This document shows positions 18,169 through 28,337 of a DNA stretch of 64,000 nucleotides, in pieces; position 1 is the first letter of the stretch; the number at the start of each line of letters is the position of its first letter. The position numbers and the translations under genes are program-made. A model generated the notes under the pieces. That model had not been told where the DNA came from. It ran no database searches and was given only the letters and a program-made list of their open reading frames with translations. The DNA is from Flavobacteriales bacterium (GTDB lineage: Bacteria > Bacteroidota > Bacteroidia > Flavobacteriales_C > GCA-002722245). The DNA lies in the NCBI GenBank assembly GCA_023251095.1, contig JAHEZL010000001.1:260278-324277 (forward strand), in the 5' to 3' direction.

Positions 18169-20975
18169 TAAAACGCTACCCCAAACAAAAACTGCAAATA
18201 AGGCTGACTTATAGCAAAGCCATCGGCCTCTGTAAACGAAGCCCTCACGCCCACATCCATCGGATAAGCATAACGGAAAAAGTTAACATCGCCACGAATT
18301 TCAACCCCTACAGATTGTAATCTTTGGTTGTTTCCCGACAAATCTTTTATCTGTGCATAATCATAATGAAAACCCATTCTTACCCTTTGCAGATAAGCAA
18401 TGCTGTTAATCCTCCAATCGGGATAAAACAAAGGAAAATTATAATCGATTTTTCCTGATACAATGGAAGTGTAAGAATATTTTTGCGCTGTATTGACATA
18501 GCCTCTCGGGAGATCAACGTCATTTGAGGGATTATAACCAAAAGAATGCGATTCCTGCCATTCTGTTTTTAGCTGAATACCATGATGCTTTGCAACTCCC
18601 GGCAAGTAAATTGTTGCCAGCGCATAGGTAGACGTAGTGTTGAAAGGTTTTGCCAACACCGTCATGCGATAATATCCGGAAGAATAAATTCCCCATTTAG
18701 GATAAATATCTCTTTTTGATTTTCGGGCCATGCATGAAAAATAAGGAACGAAATCCATCACATCCATGCGTCCGCCAAAACCATTCGAATAAAATGCATT
18801 GATATAAGTGTAACGCATGATTGCACCTAGATAAGTTTGAAAATATCCTCGAGTAAGATTTAAATCTACGGCAACTTCACCGTTCAATATGTCCGATTTA
18901 AGGCTACCTATAGTTGTATCGGCAAACAAAATATTATCCCTGAACAATTGAATCGCTTCTAAACTGAACTTTGGGAAAAATCCCATGTATTGGTATTTAA
19001 TGTCGTGCTTCTGCTCGTATCTCTGCGGATTGTAATTGTAGTTGTAAGAAGTAAAAGAAGTACTCAATTTATTTTGCGAAAGTACCGTGAATCCCAAGGC
19101 CGCCGTATTGCTTTGCGCATCTACACTAATAGGGCCCCAGCTATGAATATTGAACAAATGAGCAAGCTGATAATATTTTTTCGATTCAAATTTTTTAAAC
19201 TCTTCTTTCTTCACCACTACCTTTTGCTCATTTTGCAAAGCGTTGTTGTATAAAATCAATCCCTGACTCACAAACATAGGATGCAAATCCTCAAACTCTT
19301 CACTCAGTGAAGTTTCGGCGATGTTCATGCCTTTTGCTGAATAATCGTTGTACAATATTCTTCCGTCCGGACTAACATAAGGATTGAAAGCCCCGAACCT
19401 TGAAACCGTTATCTGAAAGGTTCTTTTAGAAACCAGATCTATCTGGAAAATATTATCGATGCCCATCTGCGTGGAATGGAAATACAATTTACGCGAACGA
19501 AAACTTAAGTGACTTACCACAAAAGCCAGGTTTTCCAGCAAGGGCTCCACCACATCGGTAGCTGTGTTCCACTTTAAAATATGCTGATAGCCGTTTTTCT
19601 TTCCAACGAAATAAATATAATTACTACCTCCCCAAACCGGGAAATATACTATGTCAAAATCCGCAAATTCCTTGCTTTTATAGGTTTTTCCTGTTTCCGC
19701 ATCAATAAAAACCAGTGAAGGAACATTTGTTTTTGAAAGACTCACCGCCACTATCTTATCATCGGAAGAAAGATTGGGCGCAAACAAACGCTGATGCTTG
19801 GTGAGTCGGATTCTTTTGTTTTTATTTAAATCGAATAAAACAATGTCGGAAAAACTTCTGTATTCCCATCGTAAATCAGGAAACTCCTCTACCCACGCAG
19901 CATAGCGTGTATTGGCATGCAAAGAAACTCCGTCGTGAGCGCCGAGATTGGAAAGAAATCTTTCTTTTGTATTCTGAATCAAAATCAACTGAGCAACATC
20001 GCCCATTCCCTTTTTAATGGCTAAAATTCCTTTTTCATTTGCAATCGGAAAAGAATAAGAAGTAAAAGCATTTTTATCAGTATCATTTTTCACCGTAAAA
20101 TCAGTGTAGTAAGGTTCATTGCTCTGCATCTGCAAACTCCACTTTTGCTTTTGATAGACTGCCATTTCCTTGTACATGGCCGAAGTTCCCTTACCTGTTA
20201 CATGTTTTAAGGAAGATGAAAAGGGATAAGGTCGCAAGGGAAAAGTCGCCACCCTGTTGATAACAGTATCCCAAACCATTGTTCCGTATTTTTCCTTTAC
20301 ATAGGAAGTCATGTGATAACCAAAATGATACCTGTCGGGAACATAATCCTTGAAAGAACCTAAAGATGCTTTTTCATAATTGAAAGCCCCGAGTTGCAAG
20401 AGCATAGCGCGGGATTCCATGTTGAAAGACGGCAAGCGCCCTCTACCATAACCGGTTGCGAAAGTTTCAAAGCCTACGGCATCGCCTTCCATAAACCACA
20501 AAGGCGTGGTGGCGCCAAATACAGCTCCAATGCCTTGTTCGCCCAGCAACCAATACAACACCTTGGTCATTCCCTGCTTGAATTTCGAAATCTGAACCAC
20601 ATGTCGGAATTCATGAACAGCCAGTAAATTCAACCATTCCAACCCTTCGTCATCTTGTGGTGGAGTGGTGAAATATTCTGATCGCCATGGAGCCAGCGTT
20701 ACAAAACCGTTGGATGATGCAAGATCGTTTTGCAATATGATGGAAATTTTGCGCGGCGCAACAATCAATGTTTTGTTGGCTTTTTCATATACCAGCGACA
20801 GTAAATTAGCGGTATACTGGGCCTTCACTTCAAAACCCTCGGGGTAAATCAATTGAAAGTGCTCGGTGTTGATTTGTCGCCATTTAACACTGCTTGAATT
20901 TTGTCCAACAGAGTAATACTGGGCAGAAGCATGCAAAGCGCAAAAAGCAAGTATGAAAGAAAACAAAAATTTCAT
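18165..20975 (-). CDS. Large secreted/outer-membrane protein with an HExxH motif, a repeat-rich middle region and a beta-barrel-like C-terminus
   Basis: The signal peptide MKFLFSFILAFCALHASAQ begins at the internal ATG at 20975. Has the LLAVHEFRHVVQ (HExxH) motif. The C-terminal third is rich in alternating aromatic residues and ends ...LFGVAFY. Confidence 0.7.
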   Translation of the reverse strand: MKFLFSFILAFCALHASAQYYSVGQNSSSVKWRQINTEHFQLIYPEGFEVKAQYTANLLSLVYEKANKTLIVAPRKISIILQNDLASSNGFVTLAPWRSEYFTTPPQDDEGLEWLNLLAVHEFRHVVQISKFKQGMTKVLYWLLGEQGIGAVFGATTPLWFMEGDAVGFETFATGYGRGRLPSFNMESRAMLLQLGAFNYEKASLGSFKDYVPDRYHFGYHMTSYVKEKYGTMVWDTVINRVATFPLRPYPFSSSLKHVTGKGTSAMYKEMAVYQKQKWSLQMQSNEPYYTDFTVKNDTDKNAFTSYSFPIANEKGILAIKKGMGDVAQLILIQNTKERFLSNLGAHDGVSLHANTRYAAWVEEFPDLRWEYRSFSDIVLFDLNKNKRIRLTKHQRLFAPNLSSDDKIVAVSLSKTNVPSLVFIDAETGKTYKSKEFADFDIVYFPVWGGSNYIYFVGKKNGYQHILKWNTATDVVEPLLENLAFVVSHLSFRSRKLYFHSTQMGIDNIFQIDLVSKRTFQITVSRFGAFNPYVSPDGRILYNDYSAKGMNIAETSLSEEFEDLHPMFVSQGLILYNNALQNEQKVVVKKEEFKKFESKKYYQLAHLFNIHSWGPISVDAQSNTAALGFTVLSQNKLSTSFTSYNYNYNPQRYEQKHDIKYQYMGFFPKFSLEAIQLFRDNILFADTTIGSLKSDILNGEVAVDLNLTRGYFQTYLGAIMRYTYINAFYSNGFGGRMDVMDFVPYFSCMARKSKRDIYPKWGIYSSGYYRMTVLAKPFNTTSTYALATIYLPGVAKHHGIQLKTEWQESHSFGYNPSNDVDLPRGYVNTAQKYSYTSIVSGKIDYNFPLFYPDWRINSIAYLQRVRMGFHYDYAQIKDLSGNNQRLQSVGVEIRGDVNFFRYAYPMDVGVRASFTEADGFAISQPYLQFLFGVAFY

Positions 20976-20990
20976 TCCCGCTAAGGTAAC

Positions 20991-21021
20991 AAAAAAGGCA
21001 TCCCGCCTAACCGGGATGCCT
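20991..21021 (-). terminator. Intrinsic-terminator-like hairpin in the 5' leader of the 18165-20975 gene (minus-strand orientation)
   Basis: A 10-bp stem, AGGCATCCCG (20996-21005) paired with CGGGATGCCT (21012-21021), with a 6-nt loop. On the minus strand it is followed by T6 (20991-20996). It lies 15 nt upstream of the ATG at 20975. Confidence 0.5.
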
Positions 21022-21159
21022 CCAAAAAAACTTAACATTTAACCTATTAATATCGGATCGATATATAATGTAAAACCATCTGATCAAATAAAAGTTACCG
21101 CAGATGCTAAATATTTGTCAATTGGTATGTATTTTGGCTAAACTATTCAAAGTGGAAAA

Positions 21160-22653
21160 ATGAAGATCTCCAAGCTGTTGTTTATTGTTTTAATAATTCC
21201 CTTTGCTGCACGGGCGCAATCGGCAGAATTCAATCAATGGCAATCTTCCTATAGCGATTACAAACAAAATTTTGAGAAAAATCTGAGTGATCCTTTGAAT
21301 AATCAAGTGCATGTCCTTCCCGACAAGTACTTCACCAGCGACACCATTCCTCAATGGCTCTTTGATGTGAATGAGGCCGAAGGAAATAATTTATTCAGCA
21401 TTGGTATTTCCGATCCTTTTATCGATAGTGAAACTGCTTACCAGCAAGCTTTAACCCGAGCCATTTTTACATTGTCGCTGGAGATGAAAACCATGGTGAA
21501 CGGCATGAATGAGTTGTACAGTAAAATTGAAGAAGACGGAAAATCAAGCGGCAGTGTATTTACAGAATACTATCAACTGCTGTCGAAAGAATGGATCGAC
21601 TTCAACCATCTGACGCTGATTGAAAAAAAATATTTGAAAACAGGGGAATGCATCGTGAAGTTTAAATACAATGCCAATCCCGCCGAAGAAAAATCATTTA
21701 ATACTTATGTGAGTCTGGAGTATTACCGCCAGGAAAAAAGTTTAGACCTGGGTTATGAAACAACAGAAAAGATAACCTATTCCGGAAACTCCATTACCGA
21801 TAGCAGTTTAAGCGCCTCCTGCTCTTTTACTTTGAAAAAACGCAACGATAAAGAAGAAATTTTATCGGAATGCCCCGAAAACATTCAATATACGGTCCCT
21901 CAGTTTACTTACCGCGCCGGAAAATCAACAGTGCGTTCTCAAAACGGATTGTGGAGTTTGTTCATTTATAAATTCAGTGAGAAAATAATTTCAAGCAGTC
22001 AGGTTTCATCCAGTATTATTAAAAATGTGTCAGATGATTACAAAACTCTCGACAATAAACTTACCAGAGAAATTGTCATCAATCAGGGCAATTTTTTCAT
22101 TGCGCATACCGACACTGCTTTAAATATCACCTTCACCAATGAAGCAACAAACACCAATATTATTCACGATATAAAAGAAGGATGCATCACCACCTGGCAC
22201 CCCAACGGAATTAAAAAATCAGAAGAGTTTTATTCCAATGATCTGTTGGACGGCACACAAAGAGAATGGACAGCCAATGACAAATTGATTTCTGAAATTA
22301 ACTTCAATCAGGGAGTATTGGATGGTACCTATCAATTGTGGTATGACAACATGCAGCTCAAAGAATTCAAAATGTATAAAAGCGGTATTTTAATTGACAA
22401 ACACAGTATCTGGACCGAAAATGGACAGCTTTTATTGCAGGAAGAATTTGATGAACAAGGTCATCCTATTGGCAATTATCTGGAGTATTACCCTAACGGA
22501 CAACTCAAAACAAAAGGGAAATTCAAAAAGGGTGTGAAAACAGGAAGCTTTATGTTTTACTCGGAAAACGGAAAGAAATTTAAAAAGGAGACTTATAAAA
22601 AAGGGAAGTTGAAGAAACTAAAAGAATATGTAAGAGATGGAAAAAACAGATAA
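21160..22653 (+). CDS. Secreted protein with C-terminal MORN-variant (YwqK-like) repeats
   Basis: Has the signal peptide MKISKLLFIVLIIPFAARAQ. The C-terminus carries repeated G..dG....W..nG motifs (WHPNGIKKSEEFY, LDGTYQLWYDN, YYPNGQLKTKGKF). Confidence 0.7.
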   Translation: MKISKLLFIVLIIPFAARAQSAEFNQWQSSYSDYKQNFEKNLSDPLNNQVHVLPDKYFTSDTIPQWLFDVNEAEGNNLFSIGISDPFIDSETAYQQALTRAIFTLSLEMKTMVNGMNELYSKIEEDGKSSGSVFTEYYQLLSKEWIDFNHLTLIEKKYLKTGECIVKFKYNANPAEEKSFNTYVSLEYYRQEKSLDLGYETTEKITYSGNSITDSSLSASCSFTLKKRNDKEEILSECPENIQYTVPQFTYRAGKSTVRSQNGLWSLFIYKFSEKIISSSQVSSSIIKNVSDDYKTLDNKLTREIVINQGNFFIAHTDTALNITFTNEATNTNIIHDIKEGCITTWHPNGIKKSEEFYSNDLLDGTQREWTANDKLISEINFNQGVLDGTYQLWYDNMQLKEFKMYKSGILIDKHSIWTENGQLLLQEEFDEQGHPIGNYLEYYPNGQLKTKGKFKKGVKTGSFMFYSENGKKFKKETYKKGKLKKLKEYVRDGKNR

Positions 22654-23044
22654 GATCACTCAATTAGTTTTATTACTCTTGATTAGTTCATTAGGATATT
22701 CTCAAAAAACTGACACCCTATTTTATAAAGCAACCTTAAGGCCTATTGAAGCTACTGAACCAACATCAATTATAACTATAAACAGTCCTGATCCATTAGT
22801 AGATTCTTTAAATTTTTATGTGTTTCTTAATTCAACTCAAATAAGAGTGAAACTACGCAACGAGTACACTATCATTTCAAACAAGAAACACTTAAGCCAA
22901 TTCATTAAGGACAATAATATTAACTCTTTGAATATAAAATCATACATCGACACTACTACGGAAACCCCTATTCAAAACACAAGGGAAATCATGAAAGTTT
23001 TTAGCGATAATGGAATAACACAATTTAGCGTAATAAATCATTAG
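22637..23044 (+). CDS. Hypothetical secreted protein
   Basis: Has a signal-like N-terminus (ITQLVLLLLISSLGYSQ). Overlaps the upstream gene by 17 nt. No recognisable motif. Confidence 0.45.
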   Translation: MEKTDKITQLVLLLLISSLGYSQKTDTLFYKATLRPIEATEPTSIITINSPDPLVDSLNFYVFLNSTQIRVKLRNEYTIISNKKHLSQFIKDNNINSLNIKSYIDTTTETPIQNTREIMKVFSDNGITQFSVINH

Positions 23045-23048
23045 CACT

Positions 23049-23264
23049 TCACCTCTTCAACGGATCCAACAACTTCTCCAATCCATTCAACTTTATCTCA
23101 TACATAGTTTGCAGCAACATCCCCAATTTACCGGTTGGAAAGCCTTTGCGATTGAACCACTCTAAATAAGATACCGGCAGATTACAAATCAATCTGCCTT
23201 TGTATTTACCAAAAGGCATTTCTGTTTTTACAAGATCAACTAATAATTGAGGGTTAAAATCCAT
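23049..23264 (-). CDS. DUF3820-like small protein
   Basis: MPFGKYKGRLICNLPVSYLEWF matches my recollection of the DUF3820 family. It lies immediately downstream of priA. Confidence 0.65.
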   Translation of the reverse strand: MDFNPQLLVDLVKTEMPFGKYKGRLICNLPVSYLEWFNRKGFPTGKLGMLLQTMYEIKLNGLEKLLDPLKR

Positions 23265-23272
23265 AGAGAAGA

Positions 23273-25732
23273 TTAAACAGGATCAACGTCGATGATGAGT
23301 CGGCATTTTTTAAAAGGATCAGTGATATGGAACAATTCCGTTTTGTGTAAAATCATATCCTTAGTTTTGTTGGTAGTGGCGTTGCGCGGAATTTTCACAA
23401 GAATATTTTTAATGTATTCACCGCGGATACGGGCAATGGCCGGAAATTCCGGTCCGAGCACTTCTCCCTCCTGCAAAGCATCTTTTAAAATGTCGGCAAA
23501 ATATGCGGCTGAAGCATTCACCAAATCAAGGTTTTCGTGTTTTACGGTAATCGCCACCAAACGGTAAAAAGGAGGATATTTAAAATTTCTGCGCAGTAAA
23601 ATTTCAGAGTGATACAGCGCTTCGTAATTACTGTCGATAACGTAACGAACGATGTTGTGTTCCGGACTGTAAGTTTGAATTACCACCTTTCCTCTTTTGT
23701 TTTTCCGTCCTGCGCGTCCACTCACCTGCGACATCATTTGATAAGCACGCTCATGCGCACGAAAATCAGGGAAATTCAACATCTGGTCGGCATTTAAAAT
23801 TCCCACTAAGGCCACATTATCAAAATCCAATCCTTTAGAAACCATTTGAGTCCCCACCAGAATATCTATGCTTTTGTCTTCAAAATCGCTGATGATTTGC
23901 TGATAGGAATTTTTTGTGCGTGTAGTGTCCCAATCCATTCTCCCCACTTTCGCTTTCGGAAAAACCTGCATGATATCCTCCTCTATTTTCTGGGTACCAA
24001 AGCCTACTAACTCCACCTCCACACTTCCACAAGCTACGCAGGAAGTGGTTTTCTTTTCGCCATAACCGCAGTAATGGCACTTCAATAAATTTAAAGTTTT
24101 ATGATACGTTAAACTCACATCACACTTGTTGCACTTCGGTGTATGTCCGCACAACTTGCATTCCAGCATAGGTGCAAATCCGCGTCGGTTTTGAAATAAT
24201 ATAATCTGCTCCCTGTTTTCCAACGCCGCTTCCATGTGATCAATCAACAAAGAAGAAAAAATAGATTTCATTTTTTTCTTTCGTCTTTCATCCTGAACAT
24301 CGGCACACAAAATCTCAGGCATCATGATGCCTCCATGGCGTTTTTCCAATTTCACCAATCCGTACTTTTCATGAAGCGCATTGTGGTAAGATTCTATGGA
24401 AGGAGTGGCCGAACCCAGCAAAACTTTAGCGTGATGTTTCAATCCTAAAATCACCGCCATGTCACGCGCATTATAGCGCGGAGCAGGCTCCTGCTGCTTG
24501 AAACTACCTTCATGCTCTTCGTCGACAATGATCAATCCCAGATTATCAAAAGGCAAAAACAAAGAAGAACGCGCTCCCAATACTACTTTATAGCCGTCTT
24601 TCTTTTGCACTTTGTTCCATACTTCCACCCGCTCATTCATGCTGTAACGCGAATGATAAATACCAACTTTATCACCCATTACATTCTGTAAACGACGAAT
24701 GATTTGGGTGGTGAGCGCAATTTCGGGAAGGAGATACAAAACCTGTTTTCCCAACTTGATTTGCTCCTCAATCAAATGTATATATATTTCCGTTTTTCCC
24801 GAACCTGTAACACCGTGTAACAACACAACATCATGAGCAGAGAATTTTTCAGCAATTTCAGTATACGCCCGACTTTGATCTTCATTGAGTCCTTTCGCCT
24901 GATGGGTAATTTCCTCATAGGCATGCAAGCGACCGGTTTCTCTTTGTTCTTCTATTATGACACCTCTTTTTATCAAGGCCTGTAAACCACTGGCGGCAAT
25001 ACCTTCCAGTTTTAAAAACTTCTTTTTGGCTATGCTGTAGCTTTCTGTGTTTCTTCCGGCAAGAGAAACAAACTTCATCAACACATCTTCCTGCTTTGCA
25101 GCGCGGGAAAGAGATGCGAAAACTTCTGCTAATTTTTGAGAATCACAATATTCTTTAGCTAAGGCCAAATAATTTTCGGTTTTCGGTTTATACACTTCAC
25201 GCAACTCTTCGTAAAAAGTGATGACTCCTTTTTCAAACAAATCTTTCAAAAGGGGATGAATGGTTTTGATGCCCAGTATTTGCGCAACATCTTTATAACT
25301 CAAAACATGATTGGTGGTTAAAGCCTCAAACACCAAATATTCCCTATCGCTTAATTCCGAAGACTCTGTTTTTTTATCTGCATTTAAAACGATGCGTGTT
25401 TCACTTGAAATTAAAAATGCTGAAGGCAGCGCCGCCTGCATCACTTCACCCGGCGAACACATGTAATAAGAAGCCATCCATTCCCAAAACTCCATTTGAA
25501 AGGAATTTACAATGGGATGGTCATCCAGCGACAATAAAATCTCTTTGGCTGTATATTTTTCAGGAGCGTTATCGTGCACTCCCCTAACAATTCCTGTATA
25601 TAAGCGGGACTTACCGAAAGGCACTACTACTCTTTTTCCTAAAGCAACCTGATGCTGTAAAGCAGATGGAATGCTGTAAGTAAAACTTCCTTTAATGGGA
25701 AGAGGAAGAAGTACATCAGCGAAATGAAGCAT
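23273..25732 (-). CDS. priA: Primosomal replication-restart helicase PriA
   Basis: Has Walker A GVTGSGKTE, the DEEH box (IIVDEEHE) and the Cys-rich zinc-binding insert (CKLCGHTPKCNKC...CHYCG...CVACGS). Confidence 0.95.
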   Translation of the reverse strand: MLHFADVLLPLPIKGSFTYSIPSALQHQVALGKRVVVPFGKSRLYTGIVRGVHDNAPEKYTAKEILLSLDDHPIVNSFQMEFWEWMASYYMCSPGEVMQAALPSAFLISSETRIVLNADKKTESSELSDREYLVFEALTTNHVLSYKDVAQILGIKTIHPLLKDLFEKGVITFYEELREVYKPKTENYLALAKEYCDSQKLAEVFASLSRAAKQEDVLMKFVSLAGRNTESYSIAKKKFLKLEGIAASGLQALIKRGVIIEEQRETGRLHAYEEITHQAKGLNEDQSRAYTEIAEKFSAHDVVLLHGVTGSGKTEIYIHLIEEQIKLGKQVLYLLPEIALTTQIIRRLQNVMGDKVGIYHSRYSMNERVEVWNKVQKKDGYKVVLGARSSLFLPFDNLGLIIVDEEHEGSFKQQEPAPRYNARDMAVILGLKHHAKVLLGSATPSIESYHNALHEKYGLVKLEKRHGGIMMPEILCADVQDERRKKKMKSIFSSLLIDHMEAALENREQIILFQNRRGFAPMLECKLCGHTPKCNKCDVSLTYHKTLNLLKCHYCGYGEKKTTSCVACGSVEVELVGFGTQKIEEDIMQVFPKAKVGRMDWDTTRTKNSYQQIISDFEDKSIDILVGTQMVSKGLDFDNVALVGILNADQMLNFPDFRAHERAYQMMSQVSGRAGRKNKRGKVVIQTYSPEHNIVRYVIDSNYEALYHSEILLRRNFKYPPFYRLVAITVKHENLDLVNASAAYFADILKDALQEGEVLGPEFPAIARIRGEYIKNILVKIPRNATTNKTKDMILHKTELFHITDPFKKCRLIIDVDPV

Positions 25733-25785
25733 GTTTTAAAATTAAAATTCAAAGGTTTTTACAACCCTGAACAGGCAACTCAAAC

Positions 25786-26754
25786 TTATATCGAAAGAAT
25801 GTCCACCAATTTCAATAAATCAGGATTTAACTTTCCTGTATGCTTGATGGCATTTTCAAATGGAGTGTATGCAATTTTTTTATCAACAATTCCTATCATC
25901 ACATTTTTCTTGCCCTCCAATAAAGCTTCAACAGCAGCATTTCCCATCTGACTGGCGCGAACTCGCTCCATGCATGACGGGCTACCTCCTCTTTGAACGT
26001 GGCCTAATACCACTACGCGCGTATCGTAATCAAATCTTTCATTTACTTTTTTTGCCACTTCAGCGGCTCCGCCTTCTTTACTTCCTTCAGCTACTATAAT
26101 AATAGAGCTTTGTTTCTGGCGTCTTTTGCCGTCTTCCAGCTTCATCATTAAATGATCAATGAATACTTCGGATTCAGGATACAAAATAGCTTCGGCACCC
26201 GCACCAATCCCTGAACGCAAAGCAATATATCCTGCATCTTTACCCATTACCTCAACAATAAATAAACGGTTGTGGGAATCAGCTGTATCACGAATTTTAT
26301 CAACAGCTTCCACTACGGTGTTTAACGCAGTATCATAACCAATGGTAAAATCAGTTCCGATTAAGTCATTATCAATGGTACCGGGTAATCCAACAATTGA
26401 AAACTCGTGTTCTTTGTTAAAAACCGCAGCGCCGGTAAAAGTTCCGTCTCCACCAATCACCACCAAAGCATCTATTCCGCTGTTTATAAGATTGTCATAG
26501 GCTTTCTGACGGCCTTCAACCGTCATAAAACGTTGACTCCTCATAGTTTTCAATATAGTACCTCCTCTTTGAAGGATGTTAGAAACCGATGAACTTTGCA
26601 TAGGGATAAAATCATTGTCGATCAATCCGTCATATCCTCTTCTTACTCCTACAACTTCAAGGTTATTAAATATCGCTGTTCTTACTACTGCCCGTATCGC
26701 GGCATTCATTCCAGGGGCATCTCCTCCCGATGTTAAAACTCCAATCTTTTTCAT
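25786..26754 (-). CDS. pfkA: ATP-dependent 6-phosphofructokinase
   Basis: Has MKKIGVLTSGGDAPGMNAAIRAVVR, GGDGT and PGTIDND motifs. The start is set at the internal ATG at 26754. Confidence 0.95.
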   Translation of the reverse strand: MKKIGVLTSGGDAPGMNAAIRAVVRTAIFNNLEVVGVRRGYDGLIDNDFIPMQSSSVSNILQRGGTILKTMRSQRFMTVEGRQKAYDNLINSGIDALVVIGGDGTFTGAAVFNKEHEFSIVGLPGTIDNDLIGTDFTIGYDTALNTVVEAVDKIRDTADSHNRLFIVEVMGKDAGYIALRSGIGAGAEAILYPESEVFIDHLMMKLEDGKRRQKQSSIIIVAEGSKEGGAAEVAKKVNERFDYDTRVVVLGHVQRGGSPSCMERVRASQMGNAAVEALLEGKKNVMIGIVDKKIAYTPFENAIKHTGKLNPDLLKLVDILSI

Positions 26755-26970
26755 TTCAAACTCATTATTTCGTTCAATTAGCAAATATATACAAACATTC
26801 TTTTTTTCAACACAAAGCGAAACATTAATTAATTGTTGATTAAAAATAGGAGGATTTGAGAAGGTTTTTTTTATTATTGCATATTGAAAGGATCATTAAG
26901 TAGTCCCAAAGAGGGTTCAGATTTAAGATTTTTCACAATTAGCAAGGCATTCGCTATTTATGTACTTTAT

Positions 26971-27876
26971 ATGAAAAAACTGATGTGTATGAACATTAGA
27001 CAAATTTTACCCGTAATTGCAGTAGGCGCTATCGTATTATTTACCGGTTGCCCTGGAACAGGAGGTGATGATGTCATCGTTGGACCTAAAACAAAAGTGG
27101 ATACCGGCCATGTTCGGTCATTCGACGGGAAATTGTTTAGCATCCCTTCTCCGATTGAACTTTCTCTTTTGATTAAACAATCCGGATTGGCTTACGATGC
27201 CGAGATCCTGAATAAAGATTCTAAAGTTGATCAGTACACCACTACTGCTCAAAAAGCATTGAACTTAGGTATTTACGGAGCTGATTTAGGCTACACCTCT
27301 ATATATGAGCGCCCCGAAGCATCTTTAAAATACATGAAAAGTGTTCGTAAATTGTCAGATCAACTGGGAATTTCCGATGCTTTCGACAATGCTACTATCG
27401 AAAGAGTAGAAAGAAACATCGACAATAAAGATTCTCTTCTTTTATTAGTGTCCAGCGCCTACAGAGACTGTGATGATTTCTTAAAAAGAAACAACATGCA
27501 AAACGTTGGTGCGTTAATCATCACCGGAGGATGGATTGAAAGTATGTACTTTGCCGTACAGGTTTCAGGAACAAAACCACCGCACAAAAACGTAATGAAA
27601 CGTGTTGCCGAACAAAAATTAGCTTTGAACAACTTATTGGAAATGCTTGTTCCTCATTTAACAGAACAAGGAGTTGAAGATGTTCGTAATAAACTTGGTG
27701 AATTAGAAGAATTGTACCAAAACGTTACCATCAACTACACTTTCGTTATGCCTGTAACTGATGCTAAAAATAAAATCACGACTATCAAATCGAAATCTGA
27801 GCCGGTAATCAGTGAAGAAACTTTCAAAGCAATTTCTGCTAAGATCGTTGCATTAAGAAATCAAATAGTTGAATAA
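26971..27876 (+). CDS. Hypothetical lipoprotein (mostly helical)
   Basis: The internal ATG at 26971 gives MKKLMCMNIRQILPVIAVGAIVLFTGC, a lipobox-like signal. No known motif recognised. Confidence 0.6.
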   Translation: MKKLMCMNIRQILPVIAVGAIVLFTGCPGTGGDDVIVGPKTKVDTGHVRSFDGKLFSIPSPIELSLLIKQSGLAYDAEILNKDSKVDQYTTTAQKALNLGIYGADLGYTSIYERPEASLKYMKSVRKLSDQLGISDAFDNATIERVERNIDNKDSLLLLVSSAYRDCDDFLKRNNMQNVGALIITGGWIESMYFAVQVSGTKPPHKNVMKRVAEQKLALNNLLEMLVPHLTEQGVEDVRNKLGELEELYQNVTINYTFVMPVTDAKNKITTIKSKSEPVISEETFKAISAKIVALRNQIVE

Positions 27877-27894
27877 TTTATTTAGGAATACAAT

Positions 27895-28317
27895 ATGAAA
27901 AAGTTTTTAATTATAGCTCTGATCTCTGGTTTTTCAGCCATTTCATGGAAAGCCAATGCTCAAATGTGTGATACCATTGCAGACTTCTGCGGGAAAACCT
28001 TTACCAATTCCTATATCTCTGACGGACAGTCGTACAGAGCTTTATTGATCGATGATCAAACTGCCGAATTTCAAACCACTTTTTACGGAGGAACTCAATA
28101 CAGAGTATCTGCCTGCAGCGGATTTGAAGAAGGAGCTTTGATCTTTAAATTATTCGATTCTCAGGGAAATATGCTTTTTCAAAGTAACGATTTTGGAAAT
28201 ACTGCGTATTGGGACTTTAAAGTTGAATCAACTATCGAATGCAAAATAGAAGCTCAGTTAGACGGAACATACTCGGGATCGGGCTGTGCAGTAATTTTGA
28301 TTGGATTCAAAGAATAA
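27895..28317 (+). CDS. Hypothetical small secreted Cys-containing protein
   Basis: Has the signal peptide MKKFLIIALISGFSAISWKANAQ and five Cys in the mature part. It starts 18 nt after the upstream gene. Confidence 0.6.
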   Translation: MKKFLIIALISGFSAISWKANAQMCDTIADFCGKTFTNSYISDGQSYRALLIDDQTAEFQTTFYGGTQYRVSACSGFEEGALIFKLFDSQGNMLFQSNDFGNTAYWDFKVESTIECKIEAQLDGTYSGSGCAVILIGFKE

Positions 28318-28337
28318 ATGTATTTTTAAAATAAATT

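Noticed and set aside
21160-22653. A toxin-antitoxin system, based on the YwqK 'antitoxin' label of MORN-variant repeats
   Set aside because: The protein has a signal peptide and is 497 aa. It has no adjacent toxin-like gene (no nuclease or deaminase/LXG-type partner).
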